Source of the DNA: a virus
Lineage: Duplodnaviria > Caudoviricetes
Reading direction: 5' to 3' (one strand)
Virus record (IMG/VR): IMGVR_UViG_3300021963_006667
Span: 1-57,279 of that record
DNA length: 57,279 nucleotides
Of the stretch, positions 29,707 to 39,945 are shown piece after piece. The notes beneath the pieces were generated by a model that worked only from the letters and a program-made list of their open reading frames with translations, had not been told where the DNA came from and ran no database searches. The translations under genes were made by a program, and so were the position numbers. How positions within the stretch are numbered: the first letter of the stretch is position 1; every line of letters begins with the position of its first letter.

Positions 29707-31287
29707 ATGGCATATCAATTAAGCCCAGGAATTAACGTATCTGAGATCGACCTTACTTCTGTCGTCCCAGCCGTGGCAACCACGACTGGTGCTATCGCAG
29801 GCGTTTTTGCATGGGGTCCAACCAATACACCAGTTTTAGTATCGTCTGAAACCGATCTTGTTAACAGATTTGGTGAACCAGTCACAGGCGTGAATACCGA
29901 GACGTTCTTCACCGCAGCAGACTTCCTTGCATACGGAAACTCGCTGTATGTAGTTCGTGTAAGCGATGGCGTAGCAGCAACGCCAAACACAGGTTCGACG
30001 TATGACACCTCAATCAGCGCAAAGTACCCAGGAACTTATGGTAACAGCCTCAGCGTTGCTATCATCGGTCCTACCGGTAACACGTCGCTACTTAGTGCCG
30101 GTTCTAAGTTTTACGCCGATAAACTCAGAACCCCAGCTACCGGAACAGTTAACGTCGTCGTCATGGATAAGACCGCTAACGTGGCTCTTGAAGTTTACGA
30201 ATCGCTTTCAACTTCATCAACTGCATTCACCGAAGATGGCACCACGAACTATCTCGAAGAAGTGATTGCACAGAAGTCAAGATACGTCACCATTTCAGCA
30301 GCAGCAGTTACCTCAATCATTAGTGCTGGTTCGACCATCGCTGTCGACGAAGGTCTTGTTGGTGGTACGAACGGTGCTACAGAAACTTCGGTTACGGCAT
30401 CTAACCTTATCGCTGGATACAACTACTTTGCAAGCCCTGAAGACATCGACGTTTCGTTGATCCTTGCCGGTAAGCCGATGGGTACCAACGCTGTCCAGGT
30501 CGCAAACCACATCATCGACAACATCTGCTCGGTCAGAAAGGATTGCATGGTATTCATCACGCCTTCTTCAAGCACCGGTGCAATGTCAACTGTTGGTAGC
30601 GAACTTACAGACATCACAACGTTTGCTAACAGAATAACTAACTCATCGTACGCCGTTATCGACTCAGGTTATAAGTACCGTTACGACCGTTACAACGACA
30701 GATATATTTACACTCCTCTCAACGGGGACATCGCTGGTCTGTGCGTAAGAACCGACGAGACTCGTGATCCATGGTTCTCACCTGCAGGTTACAACAGAGG
30801 TTTAATCAAAAACGTCATCAAACTTGCTTACAACCCTAAAAAGGCTGACCGTGACGCGCTTTACAAGCTTGGTGTAAACCCTGTTATCACACAACCTGGA
30901 CAAGGAACACTTCTGTTCGGTGACAAGACTCACTTGACCACCAACTCTGCGTTTGATAGAATCAACGTTCGCCGCCTATTCATCGTTCTTGAGAAAGCAA
31001 TCTCAAGAGCTTCTAAGTCTACACTCTTCGAATTCAACGATGCCTTCACTCGTGCACAATTCAAGAATATGGTTGAACCTTTCCTTAGAGACGTCCAGGG
31101 TCGTCGTGGTATCTATGACTTTAAGGTTGTATGTGACGAAACAAACAACACGGCACAAGTCATTGATAGCAACTCTTTTGTCGGTGACATCTACGTTAAA
31201 CCAGCGCGCGCAATCAACTTCATTCAACTCAACTTCGTCGCAGTTAGAACTGGCGTAGAGTTTAATGAAATCATTGGTCAACGCTAA
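29707..31287 (+). CDS. gp18: Contractile tail sheath protein gp18
   Basis: LSPGINVSEIDLT, FAWGP, PWFSPAGYNRG and FDRINVRRLF motifs. Confidence 0.96.
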   Translation: MAYQLSPGINVSEIDLTSVVPAVATTTGAIAGVFAWGPTNTPVLVSSETDLVNRFGEPVTGVNTETFFTAADFLAYGNSLYVVRVSDGVAATPNTGSTYDTSISAKYPGTYGNSLSVAIIGPTGNTSLLSAGSKFYADKLRTPATGTVNVVVMDKTANVALEVYESLSTSSTAFTEDGTTNYLEEVIAQKSRYVTISAAAVTSIISAGSTIAVDEGLVGGTNGATETSVTASNLIAGYNYFASPEDIDVSLILAGKPMGTNAVQVANHIIDNICSVRKDCMVFITPSSSTGAMSTVGSELTDITTFANRITNSSYAVIDSGYKYRYDRYNDRYIYTPLNGDIAGLCVRTDETRDPWFSPAGYNRGLIKNVIKLAYNPKKADRDALYKLGVNPVITQPGQGTLLFGDKTHLTTNSAFDRINVRRLFIVLEKAISRASKSTLFEFNDAFTRAQFKNMVEPFLRDVQGRRGIYDFKVVCDETNNTAQVIDSNSFVGDIYVKPARAINFIQLNFVAVRTGVEFNEIIGQR

Positions 31288-31289
31288 GG

Positions 31290-31297
31290 TATAAATA
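31290..31297 (+). promoter_or_regulatory. T4-type late promoter TATAAATA (gp19)
   Basis: Exact consensus, intergenic. Confidence 0.85.
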
Positions 31298-31320
31298 TAG
31301 AAAGATAAGGAGAATCTAAA

Positions 31321-31872
31321 ATGGCTTTCAATATTAACGACCTTAGATCACAACTAACATTTGGAGGAGCGAAAGCCTCGCTCTTCCAGGTACAAATCAC
31401 CAACCCGGTTAACGGTCTTGCGGACATCAAAGTTCCTTTCATGGTAAAGGCTTCCTCTATCCCTGCAAGCACGTTGAGCACAATCGAGGTTCCATACTTT
31501 GGTCGTAAGATCAAACTTGCTGGAAACAGAACGTTTGCTGAATGGTCCGTCACCGTCATCAACGACGAAGACTTCTTGATTCGTAACGCTATGGAAAACT
31601 GGATGGCTTCAATCAACAGTCACCGCGGAAACATTACGAACTTGGCTTCGGCATCACCTCTTCAATATAAAGCTCAGGCGCAAATCACTCAGTTCTCTAA
31701 GACTGGTGCTGCTCTTCGTACATATGAATTTAACGGACTGTTCCCTGTAGATGTTGCAGCGATGGAAACTAACTGGGAATCTGACGGTATTCAGGACTTT
31801 AACGTGACTTTCCAGTACGACTGGTGGAGCGTAAACGGTGGCATCACCGGCGATGCTGGTACACAGGCCTAA
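31321..31872 (+). CDS. gp19: Tail tube protein gp19
   Basis: IEVPYFGRKIKLAGNRTFAEWSVTVINDEDF and F.VTFQYDWW motifs. Confidence 0.95.
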   Translation: MAFNINDLRSQLTFGGAKASLFQVQITNPVNGLADIKVPFMVKASSIPASTLSTIEVPYFGRKIKLAGNRTFAEWSVTVINDEDFLIRNAMENWMASINSHRGNITNLASASPLQYKAQAQITQFSKTGAALRTYEFNGLFPVDVAAMETNWESDGIQDFNVTFQYDWWSVNGGITGDAGTQA

Positions 31873-31926
31873 GTGAAACGAGAGCAATAGCTTTCAATAT
31901 AGAAATGATCTAAGGATAACAAACTA

Positions 31927-33489
31927 ATGCAGCTATTTGGCTTCGAAATAAAGCGAAAAGAGGAAGCGAAGGATCAAGTTAGATCCTTCGCCGAACCTAC
32001 TAATGATGACGGAGCCATTTCAGTCGCGACTGGTGGCGCACAGAGTTCATTCGTGGACTTGGACGGTACAGCAAAGACCGAAGCCGAACTTGTAAACCGT
32101 TATCGCGGAATGCTTCAGCAACCTGAAGTTCAATCCGCGGTAGACGACATTGTGAACGAAGCAATCACTATTTCTGATGAAGAAAGTGTGGTTGAGTGTG
32201 TTACCGACGACATCGAAATGCCTGATACTATCCGTAAAAAGATCCGTGAAGAGTTTGAAAACGTTCTTATGCTTCTCGACTTTTCTAACCAAGGTTATGA
32301 TATTTTTCAACGTTGGTATGTCGATGGTCGTATAAACTATCACATCGTTATTGATGAGTCTGCCCCTAAAAAGGGCATAGTCGAACTTCGTTACATCGAC
32401 CCGCGTAAGATTAGAAAGATCCGTGAGTTTGAACGTCAAAGGGTTGATGGAACAAACTTCGCCGTTAAGAAGGTGAAGGCCGAGTACTACATGTATTCGG
32501 AAAGAGGATACGACGGTCAGTCTGCAAACGTTCTTGGAGCCACCGATTCGATTCAGGGCTTGAAGATCGCCAAGGACTCGATCATTCACTGTAATTCTGG
32601 TGTGCTGAATGAGAGAAACACAGTTGTTCTCTCTTATTTGCATAAGGCATACAAGCCTTTGAACCAACTTCGTATGATGGAAGACGCCGCAGTTATCTAC
32701 AGAATCTCACGTGCCCCAGAACGTAGAATCTTCTATATCGACGTCGGTAACCTTCCAAAACTGAAGGCTGAACAGTATCTTCGTGATATGATGGTCAACC
32801 ACAAGAACAAACTCGTCTATGACGCTGCGACAGGCGAGATGAGAGACGATCGCAAGTTCATGACGATCACGGACGACTTCTGGCTTCCTCGCCGTGAAGG
32901 TGGACGTGGTACAGAAATTACCACCCTTCCTGGTGGTCAGAACCTAGGTGAACTCGACGACATTATGTACTTCCAAAAGAAGTTGTACAAGTCATTGAAC
33001 GTTCCAATCTCGCGTATGGAACCAGAGACAGGTTTCTCACTTGGTAGAGCCTCTGAAATCTCCCGCGATGAAGTCAAGTTTGCAAAGTTTATTCGTCGTC
33101 TTCGTGCTCGCTTCACTATCCTTTTCGATAAGGCACTTGAAAAGCAACTGATCCTCAAGGGTATCATTAAGCCTGAAGAGTGGGATCTTATCAAGGACAA
33201 GATCCGTTACAACTTCATGAATGATAACCATTTTGAAGAGTTGAAGGAAGCTGAAATCCTTCGTGACAGATTGAGTATTCTAGCCGATATAAGTAATTAC
33301 ACCGGTGATTACTTCTCTAAAGAGTGGGTTCGTAAGAATGTACTCCATATGAGCGAAGACGACATTGAAGAAATTAAGAAACAAATTGATCAAGAAGTTA
33401 AGGATGAGCCTCCGGCAGAAGAACCCGTGACACCGCCTGGACCTCTCGATTCAAACCCACCACAACCAAATAATGTACCATCCAAATAA
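31927..33489 (+). CDS. gp20: Portal vertex protein gp20
   Basis: YRISRAPERRIFYIDVGNLPK and DFWLPRREGGRGTEITTLPGGQNLG motifs. Confidence 0.97.
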   Translation: MQLFGFEIKRKEEAKDQVRSFAEPTNDDGAISVATGGAQSSFVDLDGTAKTEAELVNRYRGMLQQPEVQSAVDDIVNEAITISDEESVVECVTDDIEMPDTIRKKIREEFENVLMLLDFSNQGYDIFQRWYVDGRINYHIVIDESAPKKGIVELRYIDPRKIRKIREFERQRVDGTNFAVKKVKAEYYMYSERGYDGQSANVLGATDSIQGLKIAKDSIIHCNSGVLNERNTVVLSYLHKAYKPLNQLRMMEDAAVIYRISRAPERRIFYIDVGNLPKLKAEQYLRDMMVNHKNKLVYDAATGEMRDDRKFMTITDDFWLPRREGGRGTEITTLPGGQNLGELDDIMYFQKKLYKSLNVPISRMEPETGFSLGRASEISRDEVKFAKFIRRLRARFTILFDKALEKQLILKGIIKPEEWDLIKDKIRYNFMNDNHFEELKEAEILRDRLSILADISNYTGDYFSKEWVRKNVLHMSEDDIEEIKKQIDQEVKDEPPAEEPVTPPGPLDSNPPQPNNVPSK

Positions 33490-33499
33490 GGAGACTAAC

Positions 33500-34141
33500 A
33501 TGTCAATTAAAGATCTAATTGCAGCGGCATATAACAAAGACGCTACTGCGTTTGAATCAGCATTTCAGTCAGTCATGCAAGACAAGGTCTCTGCTGCTGT
33601 TCAAACTGCGTTTACCGCTGAGGAAGCTGAAGAAGACCTTGACGAAGAAGTCGAACAGATCGACGAACTTTCAGATGACAAGCTTAAGGACTATCATGCT
33701 AAAGCCGGAGCAGATCGCCAAAAAGCGAAGGCTGAAGCTGAAAAAGGATTTACCGCAAAGAAGTTTACTCCTGCAAGCGTTCAGAAAACAACTGACGCAT
33801 ATAAGCGTTTTGTTAAGCGCGGTAAGGGTATGACTGCTGCAGCCAATAAAATGTCTGAAGAAGTCGAAGAACTTGACGAGCTTTCGAACAAAACTCTCGC
33901 ATCCTATACAAATAAAGCCGCTGATTCTATGGCTAATGCTGCACATAGTCTTGGCAAAAAGTCAGAGCGTTCCGATGAAGTAGATCGCATGACAAACCGT
34001 CATATGCCAGACAAGTATACTGTACGCGACAACATGAAAAAGGTTCTTGACGCTGATGAGAAATCACAGAGAAAAGATCGTAAAGTAATTGGTAAGCGCA
34101 TTACTGGTATTGCGCAAGCTACAAAAAGACTTTCAAAGTAA
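33500..34141 (+). CDS. Prohead core protein (gp67 position) with acidic-linker/basic repeat modules
   Basis: ATG 33500 follows AAGGAG. It lies right after gp20 and carries the EEVEQIDELS and EEVEELDELS repeats. Confidence 0.7.
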   Translation: MSIKDLIAAAYNKDATAFESAFQSVMQDKVSAAVQTAFTAEEAEEDLDEEVEQIDELSDDKLKDYHAKAGADRQKAKAEAEKGFTAKKFTPASVQKTTDAYKRFVKRGKGMTAAANKMSEEVEELDELSNKTLASYTNKAADSMANAAHSLGKKSERSDEVDRMTNRHMPDKYTVRDNMKKVLDADEKSQRKDRKVIGKRITGIAQATKRLSK

Positions 34142-34152
34142 TAGGTAGTCAA

Positions 34153-36642
34153 ATGAAAACCATTAAGCAAATTTTAGAAACTACATACATGCCTAAGGGC
34201 GGTGACGAGAAGAAATTCTGGGACAAGCATGTACGTAAGTTGCTTGACCATCCTGTTGCCGAACCGACACAGTTCAAGGCAAGTACAAAGAAGTCAAAAA
34301 CAAATCCTGCTAATCGTGACGAAGCATCAAGTGAAGGTGTTTATGAAGCAGCGTTCAACGATACTTCGGTACACACTAAGCGTGCGGACAAAGAGCCTGT
34401 AATCTCGAGAGGCATTGATCCTGTCACTCGCAAGGGGATTAACGTTGTTAAGAAAGCCGCTACCGGGGAAATTAAGATTGGTGAAGAAGTCGAACAGATC
34501 GACGAACTTTCAAAGAAGACTATTGGCTCTTATGCTAAGAAAGCATCATTTGATGCAGCTAAACATGCTCTAAAATATGGCACACAAGGCGAGCCCGAAA
34601 GCTTTAGAAAAGCTGCCCAAAGATTAAAGGGTGTCGAAAAAGCTACTGATAAACTTACCAAGGAAGAAGTTGACCTTGATGAAGCGCTCAGTACTAATGA
34701 CTACTCGACTCATGGTGTTAAGTCTCAGTTCGGTGGTTACCGCGCAGAGATCAAGCATAAGACTAAAGGCCATACTATGTATTCTGGCGGCCATTCATAT
34801 GACACTGCTGAAAAGGCAAAGGGTGAAGCTGACGCGTATCTGAAAGGTTACTCTGGTGTAATGGGTAACGATATACATGCAGGGACTCTTGCGCGTAATC
34901 ACGCAATGGCGCACGCCGTCGCAGGACCTTTCGCTAAGAAACCTGTGAAAGAAGATCTTGACGAGAAGGTTGATAACCCATACGCAGTTGGAATGGCAGC
35001 AGCCATGAAAGCGACCGGTGACCATCCTCCTCTGAAGAAGTCGACCATCATGAAGGGTCACGAGATCGCAAAGAGCATCAAGGCTGAAGCAATGGATCCT
35101 GTTGGTAAGGAAGACTCCGACATCAACAACGATGGAAGCGTTAACAAAACCGACAAGTACCTACACAACCGCCGTAAGGCGATTGGCAAGGCTCTTGCTG
35201 GCGCTACCGCTAAGCCAAAGAGTCAAGTCTCTTTACCAAAAGCTCCTTGGAAAGAGGAAGTTGATCTTGACGAAGCAAAATCTGAAGATGATTGGGTACA
35301 TATCAATCACGCTGGATCGTTCCATAATCCTAAAAAAGATACAATCGTAGGATATAGTAAAGCGACAAAAGACGCGCCTAAACTTAAAACAGGCGCAAAC
35401 GGTGCAATGCGAGTTGGGACGGCAAAGAAAAAAGGTTATGTGATCGAAGAAGTCGATCTTGACGAAGCAAAGGCTGTAGGCAAATCTTCAAAAGAATCTT
35501 CAGAAGCTAACCATGACGCGTACAAGGCAACAACTAAGAACAAAGAAGAATTCAAGGAAACTGCTGATCAACTCGACGAACTTTCACCAAACACGCTTCA
35601 CTCCTACACCAAAAAGGCAGCGCTATCACTCGCTGGTAATGCTTCCGGTATTGGCATGGCGGTTGGTTCTGGTAAGAATCCGCACAAGGACCTAACTCGT
35701 TGGACGACTAATCGTGTTAGAGGTATCACTTCTGCTTCTGGTCGTCTTTCGGATAAGGCAAACGCCGTACACGAGGAAACAGAACAACTCGATGAGATTG
35801 GTGATACTCCAGCTGGTAGAAAAGCTCTTAAGGCTGTAATTGCAAGAGCACCTGAAAAAGCAGCAAATGCTCGTCTAAAATCAGATCTTCTTGGTCGTCG
35901 TCAATTTGATGCTGACGTGAGTCATCAAAATTCAGAACTATACGGCAAGGCATCTGACAAAGCTTACAAGAAGTATCAACACACTGTAAAAAGTGCTGCA
36001 CGCGCTGTCGACCGTTTGACCAAAGAAGAAACTGAGCAGGTTGACGAAGTTTCAAAGGCTTTGCTTGGAAGATATATCAAAAAGGCAAAAACCGATGTTG
36101 CTGGCAAGGCGTATCAACTAGGCGCTAGAGATCCACTTAAACCACAAGCAAGTTGGTCAAAGACTTTAGGCAGAGAAAAACAAATCGATAAAGCCGTAGA
36201 TCGTCTTACAAAAGAAGAAGTTGACCAGCTTGATGAGCTTTCACCAAAGACTCTTGGATCTTATATCAAGAAGGCAAGTATGAGAGTTGCGAGTAAATCA
36301 AACCACGCGGGTGAGATTGAAGGCAGAGGTGATAGCAATATTACACCGGCAGCTAGATCAACTTTGACAAAGCTTAACAGAAAGACCGTGAACAGTTTGA
36401 CCGGTATTAGTAGAGCAACAAACCGTCTTACTAAGGAAGATCTTGACGAGGCTTTCAAAGCTGGTGCAATGACTCTCAAGGACGGATCATCGGTAACTCT
36501 TACAAAAGAGTCTGCTGAGTCGCTTAATTCTCTATTCACCCAGTTGAATCCAACAAACAAGTCAAAGATGGAAGAGCGTCTCATGTCAAGTCCAAAGGGT
36601 TATAACGAGATCCTTAGCTTTGCGGAGAATATTAATGGCTGA
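34153..36642 (+). CDS. Large repeat-built prohead core/internal head protein (829 aa)
   Basis: Lies between gp20 and gp21. About 10 [LIV]DE motifs in acidic linkers separate Lys/Arg-rich modules; it also has a DSDINNDGSVNKTD motif. Confidence 0.7.
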   Translation: MKTIKQILETTYMPKGGDEKKFWDKHVRKLLDHPVAEPTQFKASTKKSKTNPANRDEASSEGVYEAAFNDTSVHTKRADKEPVISRGIDPVTRKGINVVKKAATGEIKIGEEVEQIDELSKKTIGSYAKKASFDAAKHALKYGTQGEPESFRKAAQRLKGVEKATDKLTKEEVDLDEALSTNDYSTHGVKSQFGGYRAEIKHKTKGHTMYSGGHSYDTAEKAKGEADAYLKGYSGVMGNDIHAGTLARNHAMAHAVAGPFAKKPVKEDLDEKVDNPYAVGMAAAMKATGDHPPLKKSTIMKGHEIAKSIKAEAMDPVGKEDSDINNDGSVNKTDKYLHNRRKAIGKALAGATAKPKSQVSLPKAPWKEEVDLDEAKSEDDWVHINHAGSFHNPKKDTIVGYSKATKDAPKLKTGANGAMRVGTAKKKGYVIEEVDLDEAKAVGKSSKESSEANHDAYKATTKNKEEFKETADQLDELSPNTLHSYTKKAALSLAGNASGIGMAVGSGKNPHKDLTRWTTNRVRGITSASGRLSDKANAVHEETEQLDEIGDTPAGRKALKAVIARAPEKAANARLKSDLLGRRQFDADVSHQNSELYGKASDKAYKKYQHTVKSAARAVDRLTKEETEQVDEVSKALLGRYIKKAKTDVAGKAYQLGARDPLKPQASWSKTLGREKQIDKAVDRLTKEEVDQLDELSPKTLGSYIKKASMRVASKSNHAGEIEGRGDSNITPAARSTLTKLNRKTVNSLTGISRATNRLTKEDLDEAFKAGAMTLKDGSSVTLTKESAESLNSLFTQLNPTNKSKMEERLMSSPKGYNEILSFAENING

Positions 36643-36877
36643 TTACATTAAGGTCAAATCTACCGAGATTAGTTTTACTGCAGCTAATACCGTAAACAGT
36701 GCCAACGTCGTTAGGGTTTATGCCCCATCGGCGTCGGTGCTTACGTTTGCAAATACCGGTGGAACAATCGGCACCTACACTATGGGTGCCGGTACAGAAC
36801 AGTTCTTTGTTAAAGAGCGTACCGACACCATTGCGGCTACAGTAGCGGTTAATGCCGTAGCTGTCTCTTATAAATAA
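36635..36877 (+). CDS. Small hypothetical virion-region protein
   Basis: ATG 36635 follows GGAG; 80 aa, beta-rich. Confidence 0.65.
   Translation: MADYIKVKSTEISFTAANTVNSANVVRVYAPSASVLTFANTGGTIGTYTMGAGTEQFFVKERTDTIAATVAVNAVAVSYK
36869..36876 (+). promoter_or_regulatory. T4-type late promoter TATAAATA (gp21)
   Basis: Exact consensus, ending 22 nt before the ATG. Confidence 0.85.
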
Positions 36878-36898
36878 TAAGCAAAAGGAGCAGCTAAA

Positions 36899-37561
36899 AT
36901 GGCACTATTAATCAAAGACATAGTTGAAGATGTTCAATATATTACCGAAGCAAATGAAAAAGGTGAGAAGAATACTTTCATCGAAGGTATCATCATGCAG
37001 GGTGACATTAAGAACCGCAACGGTAGAATCTATCCATCAAGCGTTTTGATGAGAGAGATGGGACGTTATAACGAAAACTATGTGTCTAAAAACCGGGCGT
37101 TTGGTGAACTTGGTCACCCACAGGGTCCGACCATCAACCTCGATCGTGTTTCGCACATGTTCACTGAACTTAAGTCAGACGGATCTAACGTAGTTGGCCG
37201 TGCTAAAATCGTTGATACTCCAATGGGTGATACGGTAAAGGGTCTGATTAAGTCAGGCGCTCAACTCGGTATCTCTTCTCGTGGTATGGGTTCTGTGAAA
37301 CCTAACAAACAAGGTATCATGGAAGTTCAAGACGACTTCATGCTTGCGACTGCCGGCGACATCGTAGCTGATCCTTCAGCCCCCGATGCTTTCATCAAAG
37401 GCATCATGGAAGGTGTTGAGTGGATCTATGACGTTGCTTCTTCTTCATGGAGAGCAGCTAACGAGTTCGATCGCATCGAAGAGCATGTGAAGAATAACTA
37501 TAAGCAGATCGATGAAGCAGCTGCTGCGGACATCTTCAAGAAGTTCTTGAATAGCTTATAA
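36899..37561 (+). CDS. gp21: Prohead protease gp21
   Basis: KNRNGRIYP, GELGHP, GISSRGMGS and DIVADPSAPDAF motifs. Confidence 0.96.
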   Translation: MALLIKDIVEDVQYITEANEKGEKNTFIEGIIMQGDIKNRNGRIYPSSVLMREMGRYNENYVSKNRAFGELGHPQGPTINLDRVSHMFTELKSDGSNVVGRAKIVDTPMGDTVKGLIKSGAQLGISSRGMGSVKPNKQGIMEVQDDFMLATAGDIVADPSAPDAFIKGIMEGVEWIYDVASSSWRAANEFDRIEEHVKNNYKQIDEAAAADIFKKFLNSL

Positions 37562-37576
37562 CAAAAACCGTATTCT

Positions 37577-37584
37577 TATAAATA
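37577..37584 (+). promoter_or_regulatory. T4-type late promoter TATAAATA (gp22)
   Basis: Exact consensus, intergenic. Confidence 0.85.
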
Positions 37585-37612
37585 CTATTAATTACCATAA
37601 AGGAGAACCAAA

Positions 37613-38512
37613 ATGGATGACCTAAATGAAAAAAAGGCTACTGGTGAAGAGTCATACTCTGCTGATCCAGTGGTAGGCGCTGGCGGTCCTGTAAAGAATC
37701 GTAACGGCGACGTAAAGAAGAAAGTTGACCCAGTTGCTGACGACATCGAAAAGAACGTCAAGACTCCTATGGGCACAAACAACGCTGGACTTCATGAAGC
37801 GATCGCTGCGCTCTTTGGCGACACTGATCTTTCAGAAGACTTCAAGGCAAAGACAGTAACCATTTTCGAAGCAGCAGTGCACGAAAAGGTTGAGGCAGCT
37901 CGTGCAGAAATCGCAGAAGAATTTGAAGCGGTTCTTGAAGAGCAGACAGAAGCCATCGTTGAAGACCTTACCACCAAGCTTGACGCGTACCTAGACTACG
38001 TTGTTGAAAACTGGATGGCTGAAAACGAAGTTGCTCTTGAAACCGGTTTCAAGGTTCAAGTTGCTGAATCACTATTTGATGGACTTAAATCGCTTATGTC
38101 CGAGCACAACATGGCAGTCGACGAAGAAACCGTTGACGTCGTTGCTGCTATGGAAGAGCAAGTCGCAGAATCAAACGCTAAGTACAACGACCTCTTTGAA
38201 GAGATGATTGCACTTCGCGAAGAAAAAGAAATGCTTCAAAAGAATGCCGCACTTGCAGCACTCTCAGAAGGTATGGTCGCAACCGACGCTGAAAGATTCA
38301 GAGTCCTTGCTGAAGGTGTAAACCACGAATCAGTAGAAGACTTTGTAGCTAAGCTTGAAACAATCAAGGAAGGCTATTTCGCTGAATCAGTAGCTCGCGC
38401 TGAAGATCAATCAGATCTTCTTGAGGAAGAAGTTGAAGATACTAAAGCACCGGTTCTTTCAGAATCAGTCGCTGCGTACGTCGCTTCGCTAAATAAGTTC
38501 GGCAAAAACTAA
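37613..38512 (+). CDS. gp22: Prohead core scaffold protein gp22
   Basis: LSEDFKAK..TIFEAAV and YLDYVVENWM.EN motifs; acidic coiled coil. Confidence 0.93.
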   Translation: MDDLNEKKATGEESYSADPVVGAGGPVKNRNGDVKKKVDPVADDIEKNVKTPMGTNNAGLHEAIAALFGDTDLSEDFKAKTVTIFEAAVHEKVEAARAEIAEEFEAVLEEQTEAIVEDLTTKLDAYLDYVVENWMAENEVALETGFKVQVAESLFDGLKSLMSEHNMAVDEETVDVVAAMEEQVAESNAKYNDLFEEMIALREEKEMLQKNAALAALSEGMVATDAERFRVLAEGVNHESVEDFVAKLETIKEGYFAESVARAEDQSDLLEEEVEDTKAPVLSESVAAYVASLNKFGKN

Positions 38513-38516
38513 TTCT

Positions 38517-38524
38517 TATAAATA
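38517..38524 (+). promoter_or_regulatory. T4-type late promoter TATAAATA (gp23)
   Basis: Exact consensus, intergenic. Confidence 0.85.
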
Positions 38525-38556
38525 ACTATATCTAATCCATCAAAGGAGAAACTAAA

Positions 38557-39825
38557 ATGAGAAATGAAGACTTGATGAAAAAGTGGGGCCCTGTGCTTGA
38601 GCACAACGCTCTGCCAGGAATTAAAGACTCACACAGAAAGTCGGTCACGGCACAGCTTCTCGAGAATACCGAGATTGCTCTTAAGGAAGGCTCAAGCTAT
38701 TCGCCTAGCTCGTTCCTTACTGAAGCTCCAGTGAACGCAACCGGTGTGGCACAGAACTACGACCCAGTGCTTATCAGCCTCGTTCGTCGTGCAATGCCTA
38801 ACCTCATCGCTTACGACATCGCTGGCGTTCAGCCAATGACTGGTCCAACCGGACTTATCTTTGCGATGCGTTCGAACTACGCTAACACCACCGCAGCAAC
38901 CGGCGAAACCTTCTACAACGAAGTTAACACCGCGTTCTCCGGTACGGGTACGATGGCTGGTACAACCGGTACGTTCTCAACCGCAAACACCGGTACGGGT
39001 ATGTCAACAGCAGCTGCTGAAGCTCTTGGTGACGGCGCTGGTACTGACTTCGCACAGATGTCGTTCAGCATTGAAAAAGTGTCCGTAACTGCAAAGTCAC
39101 GTGCTCTCAAGGCAGAATACACAACTGAACTCGCACAGGACCTTAAGGCTATCCACGGTCTTGACGCTGAGTCAGAGCTTGCAAACATGCTTCAGGCTGA
39201 ACTCCTTGCAGAAATCAACCGTGAAGTTGTTCGTACTGTGTACAACACCGCTGTGACTGGTGCTCAGACCGGTACTGCTACTGCAGGTATCTTCGACCTT
39301 GACGTCGACGCAAACGGCCGTTGGTCAGTTGAAAAGTTCAAGGGACTTATGTTCCAAATTGAACGCGAAGCTAACCAAGTCGCAAAAGACACCCGTCGTG
39401 GTAAGGCTAACATCCTCATCTGCTCTTCTGACGTAGCTTCTGCTCTTCAGATGGCTGGTGTTCTGGATTACACCCCAGCTCTTAACAGCAACTCACTCAA
39501 CGTTGACGACACCGGCAACACCTTCGCTGGTGTGCTTAACGGTCGCTTCCGCGTGTACATCGACCCATATGCTGGTGCAAACTACATGGTCGTTGGCTAC
39601 AAAGGTTCTTCAACGTTCGACGCTGGTCTCTTCTACTGCCCATACGTTCCGCTACAAATGGTTCGCGCAGTTGGCGAAAACAGCTTCCAGTCAAAGCTTG
39701 GCTTCAAGACTCGCTACGGCATGGTTGCTAACCCATTCGCACAGGGCCTTACCGCTGGTGCTGGTGCTATCACCGCAAACAGCAACCTCTACTACCGTAG
39801 AGTGCGTGTTACCAACATTCTCTAA
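38557..39825 (+). CDS. gp23: Major capsid protein gp23
   Basis: LVRRAMPNLIAYDIAGVQPMTGPTGLIFAMR, ELAQDLKAIHGLDAE and FKTRYG motifs; probable maturation site LTE/A. Confidence 0.98.
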   Translation: MRNEDLMKKWGPVLEHNALPGIKDSHRKSVTAQLLENTEIALKEGSSYSPSSFLTEAPVNATGVAQNYDPVLISLVRRAMPNLIAYDIAGVQPMTGPTGLIFAMRSNYANTTAATGETFYNEVNTAFSGTGTMAGTTGTFSTANTGTGMSTAAAEALGDGAGTDFAQMSFSIEKVSVTAKSRALKAEYTTELAQDLKAIHGLDAESELANMLQAELLAEINREVVRTVYNTAVTGAQTGTATAGIFDLDVDANGRWSVEKFKGLMFQIEREANQVAKDTRRGKANILICSSDVASALQMAGVLDYTPALNSNSLNVDDTGNTFAGVLNGRFRVYIDPYAGANYMVVGYKGSSTFDAGLFYCPYVPLQMVRAVGENSFQSKLGFKTRYGMVANPFAQGLTAGAGAITANSNLYYRRVRVTNIL

Positions 39826-39861
39826 TAAAGAGAATCGGGTTAACCGATCAAATCTCAAACT

Positions 39862-39888
39862 GGGACTCCTTCGGGAGTCCCTTTTTTT
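39862..39888 (+). terminator. Rho-independent terminator with a UUCG tetraloop
   Basis: GGGACTCC-TTCG-GGAGTCCC followed by seven Ts, downstream of gp23. Confidence 0.95.
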
Positions 39889-39902
39889 ATTCTGTGATTC
39901 CT

Positions 39903-39910
39903 TATAAATA
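39903..39910 (+). promoter_or_regulatory. T4-type late promoter TATAAATA (gp3)
   Basis: Exact consensus, just after the terminator. Confidence 0.8.
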
Positions 39911-39945
39911 TACACAGTACTGTACCAAATGTCAATAGGGATAAT

